The notes beneath the pieces were generated by a model that had not been told where the DNA came from, made no database searches, and saw only the letters and a list, made by a program, of their open reading frames with translations. Shown piece after piece: positions 28,936 through 38,082 of a stretch of 64,000 nucleotides of DNA. Made by a program: the position numbers and the translations under genes. Where the stretch lies: positions 1,331-65,330 of the forward strand of contig JBEKCT010000002.1 of the NCBI GenBank assembly GCA_050014715.1, given 5' to 3'. Each line of letters starts with the position of its first letter. The stretch's first letter is position 1. The stretch comes from Anaerolineales bacterium (GTDB lineage: Bacteria; Chloroflexota; Anaerolineae; Anaerolineales; Villigracilaceae).

Positions 28936-29916
28936 CTATTGGTCCATTAAATTCAAGATTGCTTGCTTGACCTTCTCTTCGCTTGGGATGACCATCGCCT
29001 CAAGGTTCTTACTGTACGGCATGGGCACATCCAACCCCGCCACAATGACCGGCTTGACATCGAATAGATCAAATGCTCGTTCCGTGAGCTGGGAGACAAT
29101 TTCACTACCAATTCCACTGCGGCGGTTTGCTTCATGCGTTACAACCAGTCGATGGGTTTTCGATAATGAGCGGATCACGGTTTCGTAATCAAAAGGATAG
29201 ATGGTGCGCGGGTCGATCACCTCACATTCAATACCCATGGCGCTCAGGTCCTTGGCTACTGCTAGGGCTTTGTGGACCATAATCGAAATCGCAACGATGG
29301 TCACATCCCGGCCTTCGCGGCAGACCGCAGCCTTTCCAAAGGGGAGCGTGTACTCTTCTTCCGGCACCTCACCCTGAATCTCATATCCGCGCTTATGTTC
29401 AAAGAAGAGTACTGGATCATTGCCGCGCAGCGAGGTTTTGAGCAGCCCCTTGACATCGTAAGGTGTGATCGGCATCACAACCTGCAACCCCGGGACATGG
29501 CTGAACCATGATTCAAAAGATTGAGAATGCTGAGCTGCCTGGCCGCCCCCCGCACCAACCGGGGCACGAATCACCATCGGGACATTAATCTTTCCGCCAA
29601 ACATATAGCGAATCTTTGCCACCTGGTTGACCAATTGATCCATCCCAATGGTGATCCAATCCGAATAAAGAATTTCGCCGATTGGACGCAGACCGGTCAC
29701 TGCTGCCCCCAGGCATGTACCGACAATCGCTGCCTCGGAGATTGGTGTATCCAGGACCCGCTCGGGGCCGAATTCATCATAGAGGCCTTTGGTTAATCCA
29801 AAAGGATTGCCACGGTGTCCAACATCGCAGCCCATGATAATGATGGTTGGATCGCGGCGAAATTCCTCAAAGAGGGTCTCGTTAATTGCCTGTTTGATGG
29901 TCAGTACTCTGGTCAT
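28936..29916 (-). CDS. E1 beta subunit, paralogue 3
   Basis: 326 aa. Motifs seen are LDTPISE, HSQSFE and FFEHKRGY. It overlaps the E1alpha stop as ATGA (29913-29916). Confidence 0.9.
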   Translation of the reverse strand: MTRVLTIKQAINETLFEEFRRDPTIIIMGCDVGHRGNPFGLTKGLYDEFGPERVLDTPISEAAIVGTCLGAAVTGLRPIGEILYSDWITIGMDQLVNQVAKIRYMFGGKINVPMVIRAPVGAGGGQAAQHSQSFESWFSHVPGLQVVMPITPYDVKGLLKTSLRGNDPVLFFEHKRGYEIQGEVPEEEYTLPFGKAAVCREGRDVTIVAISIMVHKALAVAKDLSAMGIECEVIDPRTIYPFDYETVIRSLSKTHRLVVTHEANRRSGIGSEIVSQLTERAFDLFDVKPVIVAGLDVPMPYSKNLEAMVIPSEEKVKQAILNLMDQ

Positions 29917-31034
29917 GACCCAATTCCTTGTTCTTTCATGAACTCAGGCGAGAAAAGTCCATCGAACAACGTATCCGGGGAAGGTTCAGGGGCAAGCTTG
30001 GCATATTCGATGGCCTCCTCAACTGTTTTGCGTGCGGACGCATAGATGCCATCTACGGTTGCGCGGGTCGAGGTGTGCGAGTCAACCAGGTAGTTGGCCA
30101 TACGATCCAACGGATCAAATTCCTTCCAAGGTTCGTTGGTACGGGTATCCCGGTAGCGTTCGTCATCGGCGACAAAGTGCCCGATAAAACGGTAATACTT
30201 GGCTTCGATCAAGGTTGGCCCGCTGCCATTTCGCGCCAGCTGAGCAGCTTCCTGTACTGCGGAATATACCGCGAAAGGATTGAATCCATCCACGGTCACT
30301 CCAGGTATGCCGTATCCAACTGCCCGGTCAGAAACCTTTGGATTTTTGGCTGCCCGGTAATAGGGTAAGCTGATCGCCCATTGGTTGTTCTCGCACAAGA
30401 AGATGACGGGCAGGTTCCAGATGGCTGCCAGGTTGATCGACTCATGCCAGATACCCTGGTTTGTTCCGCCGTCGCCATGGAAACATACGGTTACATAATC
30501 CTTTTTCAACGTCTTCGCGGTCAAGGCCGCCCCGACGGCGATAGGCATACCGCTGCCAACGATTCCAGTAGCCCCCAGCATCCCTTCATCGACCGCCGCG
30601 ATATGCATCGAACCACCTTTCCCATGACAATAGCCATCAGCCTTGCCCATCAGCTCTGCCATCATCTTCTTGAGGTCCCCCCCTTTGGCGATGGTATGCC
30701 CATGGCCACGGTGGGTGCTGGAAATGAAATCAGATGTGCGCAGGGCCGCGCAGGCTCCCACTGCCACTGCTTCAGCACCGACATAGGAATGGGCTAATCC
30801 GTAGATGAAATTCTGTTTCCAAAGTTCCTTGACGTTAGTATCGAACTCGCGGATGAGGGCCATCTTCCGGTACATTTCGAGCTGCTGGTCGACGGATAGA
30901 TCAGCCGGGGCTTTCAAGGGCGTCAGAATATTCTTTCGAAATACTTTTATCGCTTGAGCGGTCTCTTCAAGTGTTACTGCTGTCGACATAATTATTTTCC
31001 TTTCTTGTTTGATTTGCCAAAACAATTGGAGCAT
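29913..31034 (-). CDS. E1 alpha subunit (TPP-dependent), paralogue 3
   Basis: 373 aa from ATG 31034; an alternative ATG at 30989 gives MSTAVTLEE. It has STHRGHGH and GDGGTNQG...CENN. Even from the alternative ATG at 30989 it keeps a longer N-terminal extension than the other three alphas. Confidence 0.88.
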   Translation of the reverse strand: MLQLFWQIKQERKIIMSTAVTLEETAQAIKVFRKNILTPLKAPADLSVDQQLEMYRKMALIREFDTNVKELWKQNFIYGLAHSYVGAEAVAVGACAALRTSDFISSTHRGHGHTIAKGGDLKKMMAELMGKADGYCHGKGGSMHIAAVDEGMLGATGIVGSGMPIAVGAALTAKTLKKDYVTVCFHGDGGTNQGIWHESINLAAIWNLPVIFLCENNQWAISLPYYRAAKNPKVSDRAVGYGIPGVTVDGFNPFAVYSAVQEAAQLARNGSGPTLIEAKYYRFIGHFVADDERYRDTRTNEPWKEFDPLDRMANYLVDSHTSTRATVDGIYASARKTVEEAIEYAKLAPEPSPDTLFDGLFSPEFMKEQGIGS

Positions 31035-31052
31035 TGCTAAGTGCTTATTTCC

Positions 31053-31805
31053 CTACAGCTGCTGGTGATCAGCCGGGTTGCTGCTCTTCTTCTCCAATTT
31101 CTCCTTTAAAGCTTGAGCTGTTACGCGTTGGGACTGACAGAGATGAGCATACATCTCTTTACTCGCACCCTCGCCGTCATGGGCAATTACATTCTCGAAT
31201 ATTCGGAGGTGAAATTGGTAACCTTCTTCCTTTACACCGGGAAGTTGGCTCGATTGTTTAATCCCTTCCAATAGGGCATCCGTCAGAGGATCTAGCAATA
31301 ATTCAAAAAAGACATTATGGGTAGCACGGGCAAGAGCAAAATGAAATTCGAGATCGACTTCCGGGTAATTCACAGGATCATCAAGATCCTCAGCCATGCA
31401 CTGGAGAATCTGCCGCATCTCAGCCAGATCTTGTTCATTTGCTCTTTCGGCTGCCAATTTAGCAGTTTGAACCTCCAGCGCCCACCGCACCTCTATCAGA
31501 TCGTCTACGGTCGCAGGGTGACCTTTAAGGTTGATCAGCATCCCGATGGAGTTGGCAACCTCCTTTCCTTGCAATATGCGCACGTAAGTACCATTACGCC
31601 CCTTCGACTCAATTAATCCTTTAGCTCTTAAAATACTGATTGCTTCCCGAACAACTGTTCGGCTTACATCAAAGGTTTGACATAACTCGCGCTCCGTTGA
31701 CAGGCGATGCCCGGCCTGAAGAGTGCCCGAGAGGATCATCTGAGTAATTTGTTCGGCCACTTGTTGAGTAAGCCTGTCGGTGCGTTTAACCGGGACGTAG
31801 TCCAT
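31053..31805 (-). CDS. GntR-family (FadR/FCD subfamily) transcriptional regulator
   Basis: 250 aa. It has the winged-HTH LSTERELCQTFDVSRTVVREAISILRAKGLI plus an all-helical FCD-type C-domain. Confidence 0.9.
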   Translation of the reverse strand: MDYVPVKRTDRLTQQVAEQITQMILSGTLQAGHRLSTERELCQTFDVSRTVVREAISILRAKGLIESKGRNGTYVRILQGKEVANSIGMLINLKGHPATVDDLIEVRWALEVQTAKLAAERANEQDLAEMRQILQCMAEDLDDPVNYPEVDLEFHFALARATHNVFFELLLDPLTDALLEGIKQSSQLPGVKEEGYQFHLRIFENVIAHDGEGASKEMYAHLCQSQRVTAQALKEKLEKKSSNPADHQQL

Positions 31806-31825
31806 AAAAACTTTTCATTGCCATA

Positions 31826-31871
31826 GAATTTGGTATGACCATATTATATAATATGGTCATACCAAATTCAA
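31826..31871. promoter_or_regulatory. perfect 44-bp palindrome with two GntR/FadR-type boxes and back-to-back -10 hexamers; minus-strand promoter TTGAAT-17-TATAAT
   Basis: GAATTTGGTATGACCATATTAT|ATAATATGGTCATACCAAATTC (31826-31869) is its own reverse complement. It contains the boxes TGGTATGACCA and TGGTCATACCA. On the minus strand, -35 is at 31871-31866 and -10 at 31848-31843. On the plus strand, TATAAT is at 31847-31852. Confidence 0.7.
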
Positions 31872-31947
31872 GAGGCAAATATATATTGGGTATATCCTTT
31901 TTTCGGGAAAAGGGTAAGGTGGGGAAAATGCCACGTAAGGAGGCCAC

Positions 31948-32169
31948 GTGAAGATTGAAGAGGTTAGTTACGGGGCGGCGAAATTGCGGCAGGTCCATCC
32001 ATGGGTGACCTTTCGCGAGATCGAGGCAGAGATGGATCGGGATTAGGATGAGTTTCGAGCGAATATGCTGTCGGACCCAGATAACGTGAATGGAAGTGCG
32101 GAATGGAAAGAGGGACTGGATGGACCGGTGTGTCCACACTGTGGAGCAAGGTTGGAAATGTTTCCTTAA
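31948..32169 (+). other. small SD-preceded ORF interrupted by one in-frame TAG (probable pseudogene)
   Basis: AAGGAGG lies 4 nt upstream of GTG 31948. The translation is VKIEEVSYGAAKLRQVHPWVTFREIEAEMDRD-TAG(32044-32046)-DEFRANMLSDPDNVNGSAEWKEGLDGPVCPHCGARLEMFP*. No family recognised. Confidence 0.25.
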
Positions 32170-32486
32170 CCTCTGCCCGGGTTAGATGGCCTTTGCAAAA
32201 GTTCCTGAAGATCAACCGGACCTGTTTGTCTGTCAGCCACCGCGAAGTTGTCCCATGAGGATACCTCTGTTTTGGCCGACACCTTACCACAGACTGTCAA
32301 GTTTTCAAGTTGTGGATAACAAGGCAACACGGCCTTCTTAAGGTCGGAATACACAGCCAAAATAAATCAATCCTTCGCCAACCAGCCGAGATTTTTGAGT
32401 AAAAAGGAAAAATCTTTTCGGCTTCTGCGGTTGGTCTTCACAATTTACGCACCTTCACAACGGACTTTAAGAAGGCCCTAAACAAA

Positions 32487-32515
32487 GCAATTCGATATAT
32501 GGCAATTCGATATAT
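32487..32515 (+). repeat. tandem direct repeat GCAATTCGATATAT x2 (period 15) abutting a -35 box
   Basis: Identical 14-mers at 32487-32500 and 32502-32515, separated by one G. The last T is the first base of TTGACA. Confidence 0.7.
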
Positions 32516-32543
32516 TGACAAGACCAAGGTAGCGTGCTAATAT
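32515..32543 (+). promoter_or_regulatory. sigma70-type promoter of the sorC operon (TTGACA-17-TAATAT)
   Basis: TTGACA at 32515-32520, a 17-nt spacer, and TAATAT at 32538-32543. The sorC start is at 32579. Confidence 0.5.
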
Positions 32544-32578
32544 GTTGAAAATCTTTTCAGGTATGAAAAAAAAACCAT

Positions 32579-33565
32579 ATGGCCGTTCTCCAGAGAGAAG
32601 ACATGCCCCGATTAATTCCCACTGATGAGCTGCGACTTCTCAGCAAAGTGAGCAAGTTCTATTACGATGAGGGTATGACTCAGGATGAGATAGTTGAGAA
32701 GCTGCTGCTCTCACGCTCAAAAATCTCACGGTTGTTAAAACAGGCTAGGGAGGCGGGCATCGTTAAGATTACGGTCATCCCTCCACCGGGAGTCTTTCCC
32801 GATCTGGAAATGCAGTTGGAGAGTCGTTTCCACCTAAGGGATGTGATTGTGGTAGAGGCTCGCCAGCCAGATTCGCAGGCAGCTGTTGCGCGCGAACTGG
32901 GAATTGCCGCTGGCAGCTATTTGCACCGCACAGTCAGGGAAAGGGATGTAATTGGGATTACGTGGGGCTCGACCCTGCATTTGATGGTGGACACCATGCA
33001 ACCCAGCTCGATGCCGACCGTCCAGGTGATCCAGATCCTCGGCGGATTGGGCAGGCCCGAATCGGAGGTCCATGCCACTGATCTGTGCCGCCGGCTGTCA
33101 CGTTTGTTGAACTGCAAGCTGACCCTCCTGCCGGCACCAGGGATTGTAGATAACCAGCAGGTCAAAGAGGTCTTCCTCTCGGACAGCCACGTCCAAGGGG
33201 CAATGAGCTTTTTCCGAAAATTGACGATAGCTATCGTGGGGATCGGCTCGCCAACACCGGATTCAGCGGTGATGCGGGATGGATCAATTATTAATAAGGT
33301 TGAACTAAATGATTTATTGAAGCGAGGTGCAGTTGGAGATATTGCCTTGCGTTTCTTTGACTCGTTCGGCCAACCGGTACTATCAGATGTCAATGACCGG
33401 GTGATAGGGATCACCATGGAGCAGCTTTCAAAAGTAGAGCGGGTGGTGGGGGTAGCCGGCGGCCCGCATAAATTTACTGTTATACAGGCCGCCTTACGGG
33501 GCAGATTGATCAATACACTAATTACCGATCATGCAACCGCTCGCAGGCTGCTCGAATCGGATTAA
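32579..33565 (+). CDS. SorC/DeoR(B. subtilis-type)-family sugar-binding transcriptional regulator
   Basis: 328 aa. It has the N-terminal HTH LLSKVSKFYYDEGMTQDEIVEKLLLSRSKISRLLKQAREAGIV and a C-terminal sugar-phosphate-binding (SorC) domain. Confidence 0.88.
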   Translation: MAVLQREDMPRLIPTDELRLLSKVSKFYYDEGMTQDEIVEKLLLSRSKISRLLKQAREAGIVKITVIPPPGVFPDLEMQLESRFHLRDVIVVEARQPDSQAAVARELGIAAGSYLHRTVRERDVIGITWGSTLHLMVDTMQPSSMPTVQVIQILGGLGRPESEVHATDLCRRLSRLLNCKLTLLPAPGIVDNQQVKEVFLSDSHVQGAMSFFRKLTIAIVGIGSPTPDSAVMRDGSIINKVELNDLLKRGAVGDIALRFFDSFGQPVLSDVNDRVIGITMEQLSKVERVVGVAGGPHKFTVIQAALRGRLINTLITDHATARRLLESD

Positions 33566-33595
33566 GGTACACCCATAACAATCAGGAGCCTTTCA

Positions 33596-34204
33596 TTGGT
33601 ACCGGATGAAATTTTGCAGCTCGCTTCGACAGTGATCAGGCAGGAAAGCGCTGGGATTGCAACACTCTGCGACCAGCTGGACCAGTCTTTCGTTGAGGCT
33701 GCCTACAAACTGTTCAATTGTAAAGGGCATGTGTTGGTGACCGGCTCAGGTACATCGCATGCGGTCGGTGCTCGCTTGGCCCATCTGTTGTCGTGCTGCG
33801 GCACCCCGGCACTGTTTATCCACCCAGGAGACAGTCAGCACGGCTTGGCCGGAGCGGTGCTGGGAGATGACGTGCTGATTGCGCTCTCCAAGGGCGGTGA
33901 GACGGTTGAGGTCAACTACCTGGCCAGCTACGCCAAAAAAATTGGCGCATCCCTGATCGGCCTGACCGAAAAACCCGCCTCAACTTTGGGCAAGATGTGT
34001 GACGTGGTGTTAAAGGTCCAGGCTCCGGCTGACATTGACCCTTATGGCATGATTGCCACCGGTAGTTCCCTGGTAAATGCAGCTCTCGGCGACGCTCTAT
34101 GTGTGGTATTGCTTAAATTGCGCGGTTATACCCGCGAAGACTTTGGCAGGACCCATCCAGGTGGGGCGGTAGGCATCAAACTGTCCCAAGAGCCGGGCAA
34201 GTAA
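33596..34204 (+). CDS. SIS-domain sugar-phosphate isomerase (KpsF/GutQ-like, no CBS pair)
   Basis: 202 aa, TTG start behind AGGAG. The segment VLVTGSGTSHAVGARLAHLLSCCGTPALFIHPGD..HG and ALSKGGET match the SIS fold of arabinose-5-P isomerase-type proteins. Confidence 0.8.
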   Translation: MVPDEILQLASTVIRQESAGIATLCDQLDQSFVEAAYKLFNCKGHVLVTGSGTSHAVGARLAHLLSCCGTPALFIHPGDSQHGLAGAVLGDDVLIALSKGGETVEVNYLASYAKKIGASLIGLTEKPASTLGKMCDVVLKVQAPADIDPYGMIATGSSLVNAALGDALCVVLLKLRGYTREDFGRTHPGGAVGIKLSQEPGK

Positions 34205-34213
34205 GGGAGCGGC

Positions 34214-35272
34214 ATGAAAGCAGCGTTTTTGATCGGCGCCAGCCAATTTGAAGTTCGCGATGTTCCAGCTCCGAATCTTCCACCCGACGGTATTTTGTTA
34301 AAGGTGGTGACCTGCGGGATATGCGGCTCGGATCTGCGGCGCTGGAAGGAAGGTCCCTACCCTGGCAGTGACCGGCTGGTCCCCGGGCACGAGGCAGCCG
34401 GTATCATCGAGGCGGTAGGCGCTGAAGTGAAAGACTTTCGGCTTGGCGAGCGCCTGGCGATTGCCCCGGATGTTCACTGCGGCACCTGCTACTACTGCCA
34501 ACGCGGCCTATACAACCTATGCGATGACCTGCGCTTTTTAGGAATCACTCCAAACTATTCGGGCGGCTTCGCCGAAAAAATGGTATTAACCGGCCAAGTG
34601 CTTGAAAATGGTATTGTACACCGCATGCTGGAGGGTATGAGCTTTCCCCAGGCTTCTTTTGCCGAGCCGTGCAGCTCGGTGCTGGCCTCCCACGACAAAG
34701 CCGGGACCAGTCTGAGGGATACCGTGCTGGTGATGGGCGCCGGTCCGATTGGCTGCCTGCATATCGTGATAGCAAAGGCGCGCGGGGCGCGGGTGATACT
34801 GTCCGAGCCCAGCGAAATCCGCCGCAACCTGGCACAGCGGTTTGGACCCGATCTGGTGATCGATCCATCCAGTGAATCTGTGGTCGAGCGCGTCCGCCAA
34901 TTCACCGGCGGGTTGGGTGCCGATATTGCCATTTGCGCCAACCCGATAGCAGCTACCCAGGCCGAGGCGGTCGAGGCGGTCCGCAAAGCGGGCAGGGTCA
35001 TTCTTTTCGGCGGCCTGCCGAAGGCAGATCAATTGACATCAATGAACGGCAACCTGATCCATTACGGTGAAATCACGGTGATCGGGGCTTTCTCTTATCA
35101 CCCAACCTATCACCAACAGGCCATCGAGGCGATCGGCCGCGGTTTGATCCCGGTAGATCACTTTATCACACACACATTTGCATTGGAACATATAAACGAA
35201 GCCTTCTATGCTGCTGCTGGTGGGCAGGCTTTGAAGGTAATGATAGAAATACAACAAAAAACTAAAGTCTGA
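34214..35272 (+). CDS. Zn-dependent polyol dehydrogenase (MDR family, sorbitol/iditol-DH-like)
   Basis: 352 aa. It has [16 protein letters not shown], the structural-Zn motif [10 protein letters not shown], and GAGPIGCL. Confidence 0.85.
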   Translation: MKAAFLIGASQFEVRDVPAPNLPPDGILLKVVTCGICGSDLRRWKEGPYPGSDRLVPGHEAAGIIEAVGAEVKDFRLGERLAIAPDVHCGTCYYCQRGLYNLCDDLRFLGITPNYSGGFAEKMVLTGQVLENGIVHRMLEGMSFPQASFAEPCSSVLASHDKAGTSLRDTVLVMGAGPIGCLHIVIAKARGARVILSEPSEIRRNLAQRFGPDLVIDPSSESVVERVRQFTGGLGADIAICANPIAATQAEAVEAVRKAGRVILFGGLPKADQLTSMNGNLIHYGEITVIGAFSYHPTYHQQAIEAIGRGLIPVDHFITHTFALEHINEAFYAAAGGQALKVMIEIQQKTKV

Positions 35273-35278
35273 GAACCG

Positions 35279-36625
35279 ATGATTGGATTAAACCAGGAAC
35301 TAGAAGAGCGAGAAGCTTCTGGAAAGCCCGTGCGGATTGGGCTGATAGGGGCCGGGCAAATGGGCACCGATGTGGTGGCCGAAACCAGGATGATGAAGGG
35401 CATCCAGGTTATTGCTGCCGCGGATATAGATATCGAACGAGCGCGCGAGTCCTATGAGATTGCCGATATTAATGCAGAAGTGGTCGTTGCCTGTACTCCT
35501 GAAGAAGCAGATGCCGCGGTTGCTTCAGGGAAACGGGTGGCCACTCAGGATTACCGCGTGATCACGGATATGAAAAACATCGATGTCATGCTGGAGGCAA
35601 CCGGTGTGCCGGAGATCGGGACACGCGCAGCCTTGCGAGCGGCTCGCCACGGACATGACCTTTCCATGATGAACGTTGAAACCGACATAACCGTTGGCCC
35701 ACTTTTAAATTGGTATGCCAGGCAAAAAGGCGTTTTATATGCTCTGGCAGCCGGTGATGAGCCAGCCGCCTGTAAAGAACTGTACGATTTCGCTGATTCA
35801 CTTGGTTTCACGATCGTGGCGATTGGCAAAGGGAAAAACAATCCACTCGATCGGCACGGAACCCCGGCTGATCCGGTTGTAATGAAGGAAGCTGCCCGGC
35901 GCGGGCTGAGCCCGAATATGCTGATCGAGTTTGTTGATGGCAGCAAGACAATGGTTGAGATGGCTGCTGTCTCCAACGCCACCGGGCTGGTTCCGGATGT
36001 GCGCGGCATGCATGGCCCGGAAACCAACCGGGATATCCTCAACCAGACCTTCGCTCTCAAAGAGGACGGCGGCATTTTGAACAAAATGGGAGTGGTTGAT
36101 TTTGGGATCGGACATGTTGCCCCGGGAGTTTTTGCCATTGTCCGCACCGACCACCCCCGTCTGCGCCAGGCGATGATCTTGCGCGATATGGGCAATGGTC
36201 CATACTACACTCTTTTCCGCCCCTTCCATCTGTGCAGCATCGAGGTTCCCCTGACCTGCGCCATGCTGACCATCCGCAAGAAACCCAACATGGTCCCGCT
36301 GAACCGGCTGGTTTCCGAGGTATTTGCAGTGGCCAAGCACGACTTGATGTCCGGCGATGTGCTGGACGGGATTGGCGGGACAGCCTACTACGGCCTAATC
36401 GATACTTTCGAGAACGCCAAGGCTGAAAACCTGCTGCCAATCGGTCTGGCCAAGGGCGCTAAAGTACTCCATCCACTTAAGATCGACCGCCCCATTTCGT
36501 GGAGTGACGTGGAAATTAATCCCTCGACTGTGCTGGACCTGCGCCGGTTGCAGGATGCCTGGTTTGAAGGAAAGATCGGCGATCCAGAACTGTTGGCGGC
36601 CATCGATGCCCTGGCGAATGACTGA
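35279..36625 (+). CDS. NAD(P)-binding oxidoreductase with C-terminal SAF domain (COG4091-type, 'predicted homoserine dehydrogenase' family)
   Basis: 448 aa. Motifs seen are [53 protein letters not shown], and a C-terminal [21 protein letters not shown]-like segment. Architecture was recognised by eye. Confidence 0.7.
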   Translation: MIGLNQELEEREASGKPVRIGLIGAGQMGTDVVAETRMMKGIQVIAAADIDIERARESYEIADINAEVVVACTPEEADAAVASGKRVATQDYRVITDMKNIDVMLEATGVPEIGTRAALRAARHGHDLSMMNVETDITVGPLLNWYARQKGVLYALAAGDEPAACKELYDFADSLGFTIVAIGKGKNNPLDRHGTPADPVVMKEAARRGLSPNMLIEFVDGSKTMVEMAAVSNATGLVPDVRGMHGPETNRDILNQTFALKEDGGILNKMGVVDFGIGHVAPGVFAIVRTDHPRLRQAMILRDMGNGPYYTLFRPFHLCSIEVPLTCAMLTIRKKPNMVPLNRLVSEVFAVAKHDLMSGDVLDGIGGTAYYGLIDTFENAKAENLLPIGLAKGAKVLHPLKIDRPISWSDVEINPSTVLDLRRLQDAWFEGKIGDPELLAAIDALAND

Positions 36626-36669
36626 GAAGTCTGATCGATTCTGTTAACCTAATGAGAGGAGCGCAAACC

Positions 36670-38079
36670 ATGTCACGAGCTACCCTGGGAGTGATTGTTG
36701 GAAACCGAGATTTCTTCCCTGACCGATTGGTCACCGAAAGCCGTAAAGATATCCTGACTCTGTTCAAGGAGCTGGATATAAAGCCGGTGATTTTGAAAGA
36801 AACCGATACCAAGTTGGGTTCCGTTGAAACCTACAGCCATGCGAAAGCCTGCGCCGAGCTCTTCCGCCAAAACCGGGACCGTATCGACGGCATCCTGGTT
36901 ACCCTGCCAAACTTTGGCGATGAAGGCGGTGTTGCGGAAACGATCAAGTTGTCCGGGCTGAATGTACCTATCCTGGTACAGGCTTATCCGGATGATTTAA
37001 ACCAGCTCAACGTGGAGCGCCGCCGGGATGCATACTGCGGCAAGATCTCCGTTTGTAACAACCTGCGGCAATATGGTTATGCCTACACCTTGACCGAGCT
37101 GCACACCGTTCACCCACTCAGCCCGAGTTTTCGCAAGGACCTAGAAAAGTTTGTGGGCATTTGCAGCGTGGTCAAGGGCATGCGCTCTGTGCGCCTGGGC
37201 CTGGTGGGCGCTCGGCCGAACAATTTTAAGACCGTCCGCTTTAGCGAGAAACTCCTGCAGTCCTACGGCATTACGGTCTGCACGATCGATCTCTCCGAAA
37301 TCTTCGGGGAAGCCAAACGGATCGCGGACGATGATGCAAGGGTCAAGACCAAGCTGGGCGAAATAACCAGTTATATCAAGACAACCGGCGTGCCGTCTGA
37401 ATCGCTGGTGCGCATGGCCAAATTTGGGATTGTCCTGTCAGATTGGATGAGCTCCAATGACCTGCAGGCCAGCGCTTTACAATGCTGGGACTCGATCCAG
37501 AAAAACTATGGTGTCAATGCCTGCACCTTGATGAGCATGATGAGCGACCAGCTGATGCCCAGCGCCTGCGAAACAGATATCACCGGTGTGGCATCGATGT
37601 ATGCCCTGCAGCTGGCATCGAAAAAACCAAGCGCACTGGTTGATTGGAATAACAATTACGGCGATGATCCGGACAAGGTAGTGTTCTTCCACTGTGGCAA
37701 TTGGGCAAAAAGCTTCCTGCCCGGGTTTGAAATGAAGACCGCTGAGATCCTGGCGACCACCCTAGGCGAGCGCAATACATACGGCGCAGTCGCCGGGCGA
37801 GTCCCACCAGGACCGGTCACTTTTGCCCGCATCACCACCGACGATGTGGTTGGCATGATCCGGACCTATGTTGGCGAAGGCCGCTTTACCGACGACCCGC
37901 TGGATACTTTCGGCAGCCGGGCGGTGGTCGCCATCCCCGGTCTACAAAAGATGATGCATTATATTTGCAAGAACGGCTTCGAGCATCATGCTGCCATGAA
38001 CGGCTCATTGACGGCAGATATTCTAGCGGAAGCCTTCGAGAACTATTTCGGTTGGGAAGTTTATCAACATCATGGGTAA
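36670..38079 (+). CDS. L-fucose/L-arabinose isomerase-family protein
   Basis: 469 aa from ATG 36670, which has GAGGAG 8 nt upstream; the ORF-track start at 36652 lacks an SD. Motifs seen are [19 protein letters not shown] and FHCGN, with the domain length of the FucI-like family. Confidence 0.75.
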   Translation: MSRATLGVIVGNRDFFPDRLVTESRKDILTLFKELDIKPVILKETDTKLGSVETYSHAKACAELFRQNRDRIDGILVTLPNFGDEGGVAETIKLSGLNVPILVQAYPDDLNQLNVERRRDAYCGKISVCNNLRQYGYAYTLTELHTVHPLSPSFRKDLEKFVGICSVVKGMRSVRLGLVGARPNNFKTVRFSEKLLQSYGITVCTIDLSEIFGEAKRIADDDARVKTKLGEITSYIKTTGVPSESLVRMAKFGIVLSDWMSSNDLQASALQCWDSIQKNYGVNACTLMSMMSDQLMPSACETDITGVASMYALQLASKKPSALVDWNNNYGDDPDKVVFFHCGNWAKSFLPGFEMKTAEILATTLGERNTYGAVAGRVPPGPVTFARITTDDVVGMIRTYVGEGRFTDDPLDTFGSRAVVAIPGLQKMMHYICKNGFEHHAAMNGSLTADILAEAFENYFGWEVYQHHG

Positions 38080-38082
38080 TTC

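Noticed and set aside
36652-36669. The upstream ATG (36652) for the FucI-like gene, as given in the ORF track.
   Set aside because: That ATG lies inside and ahead of the GAGGAG Shine-Dalgarno that is correctly spaced (8 nt) for ATG 36670. The shorter start is preferred.
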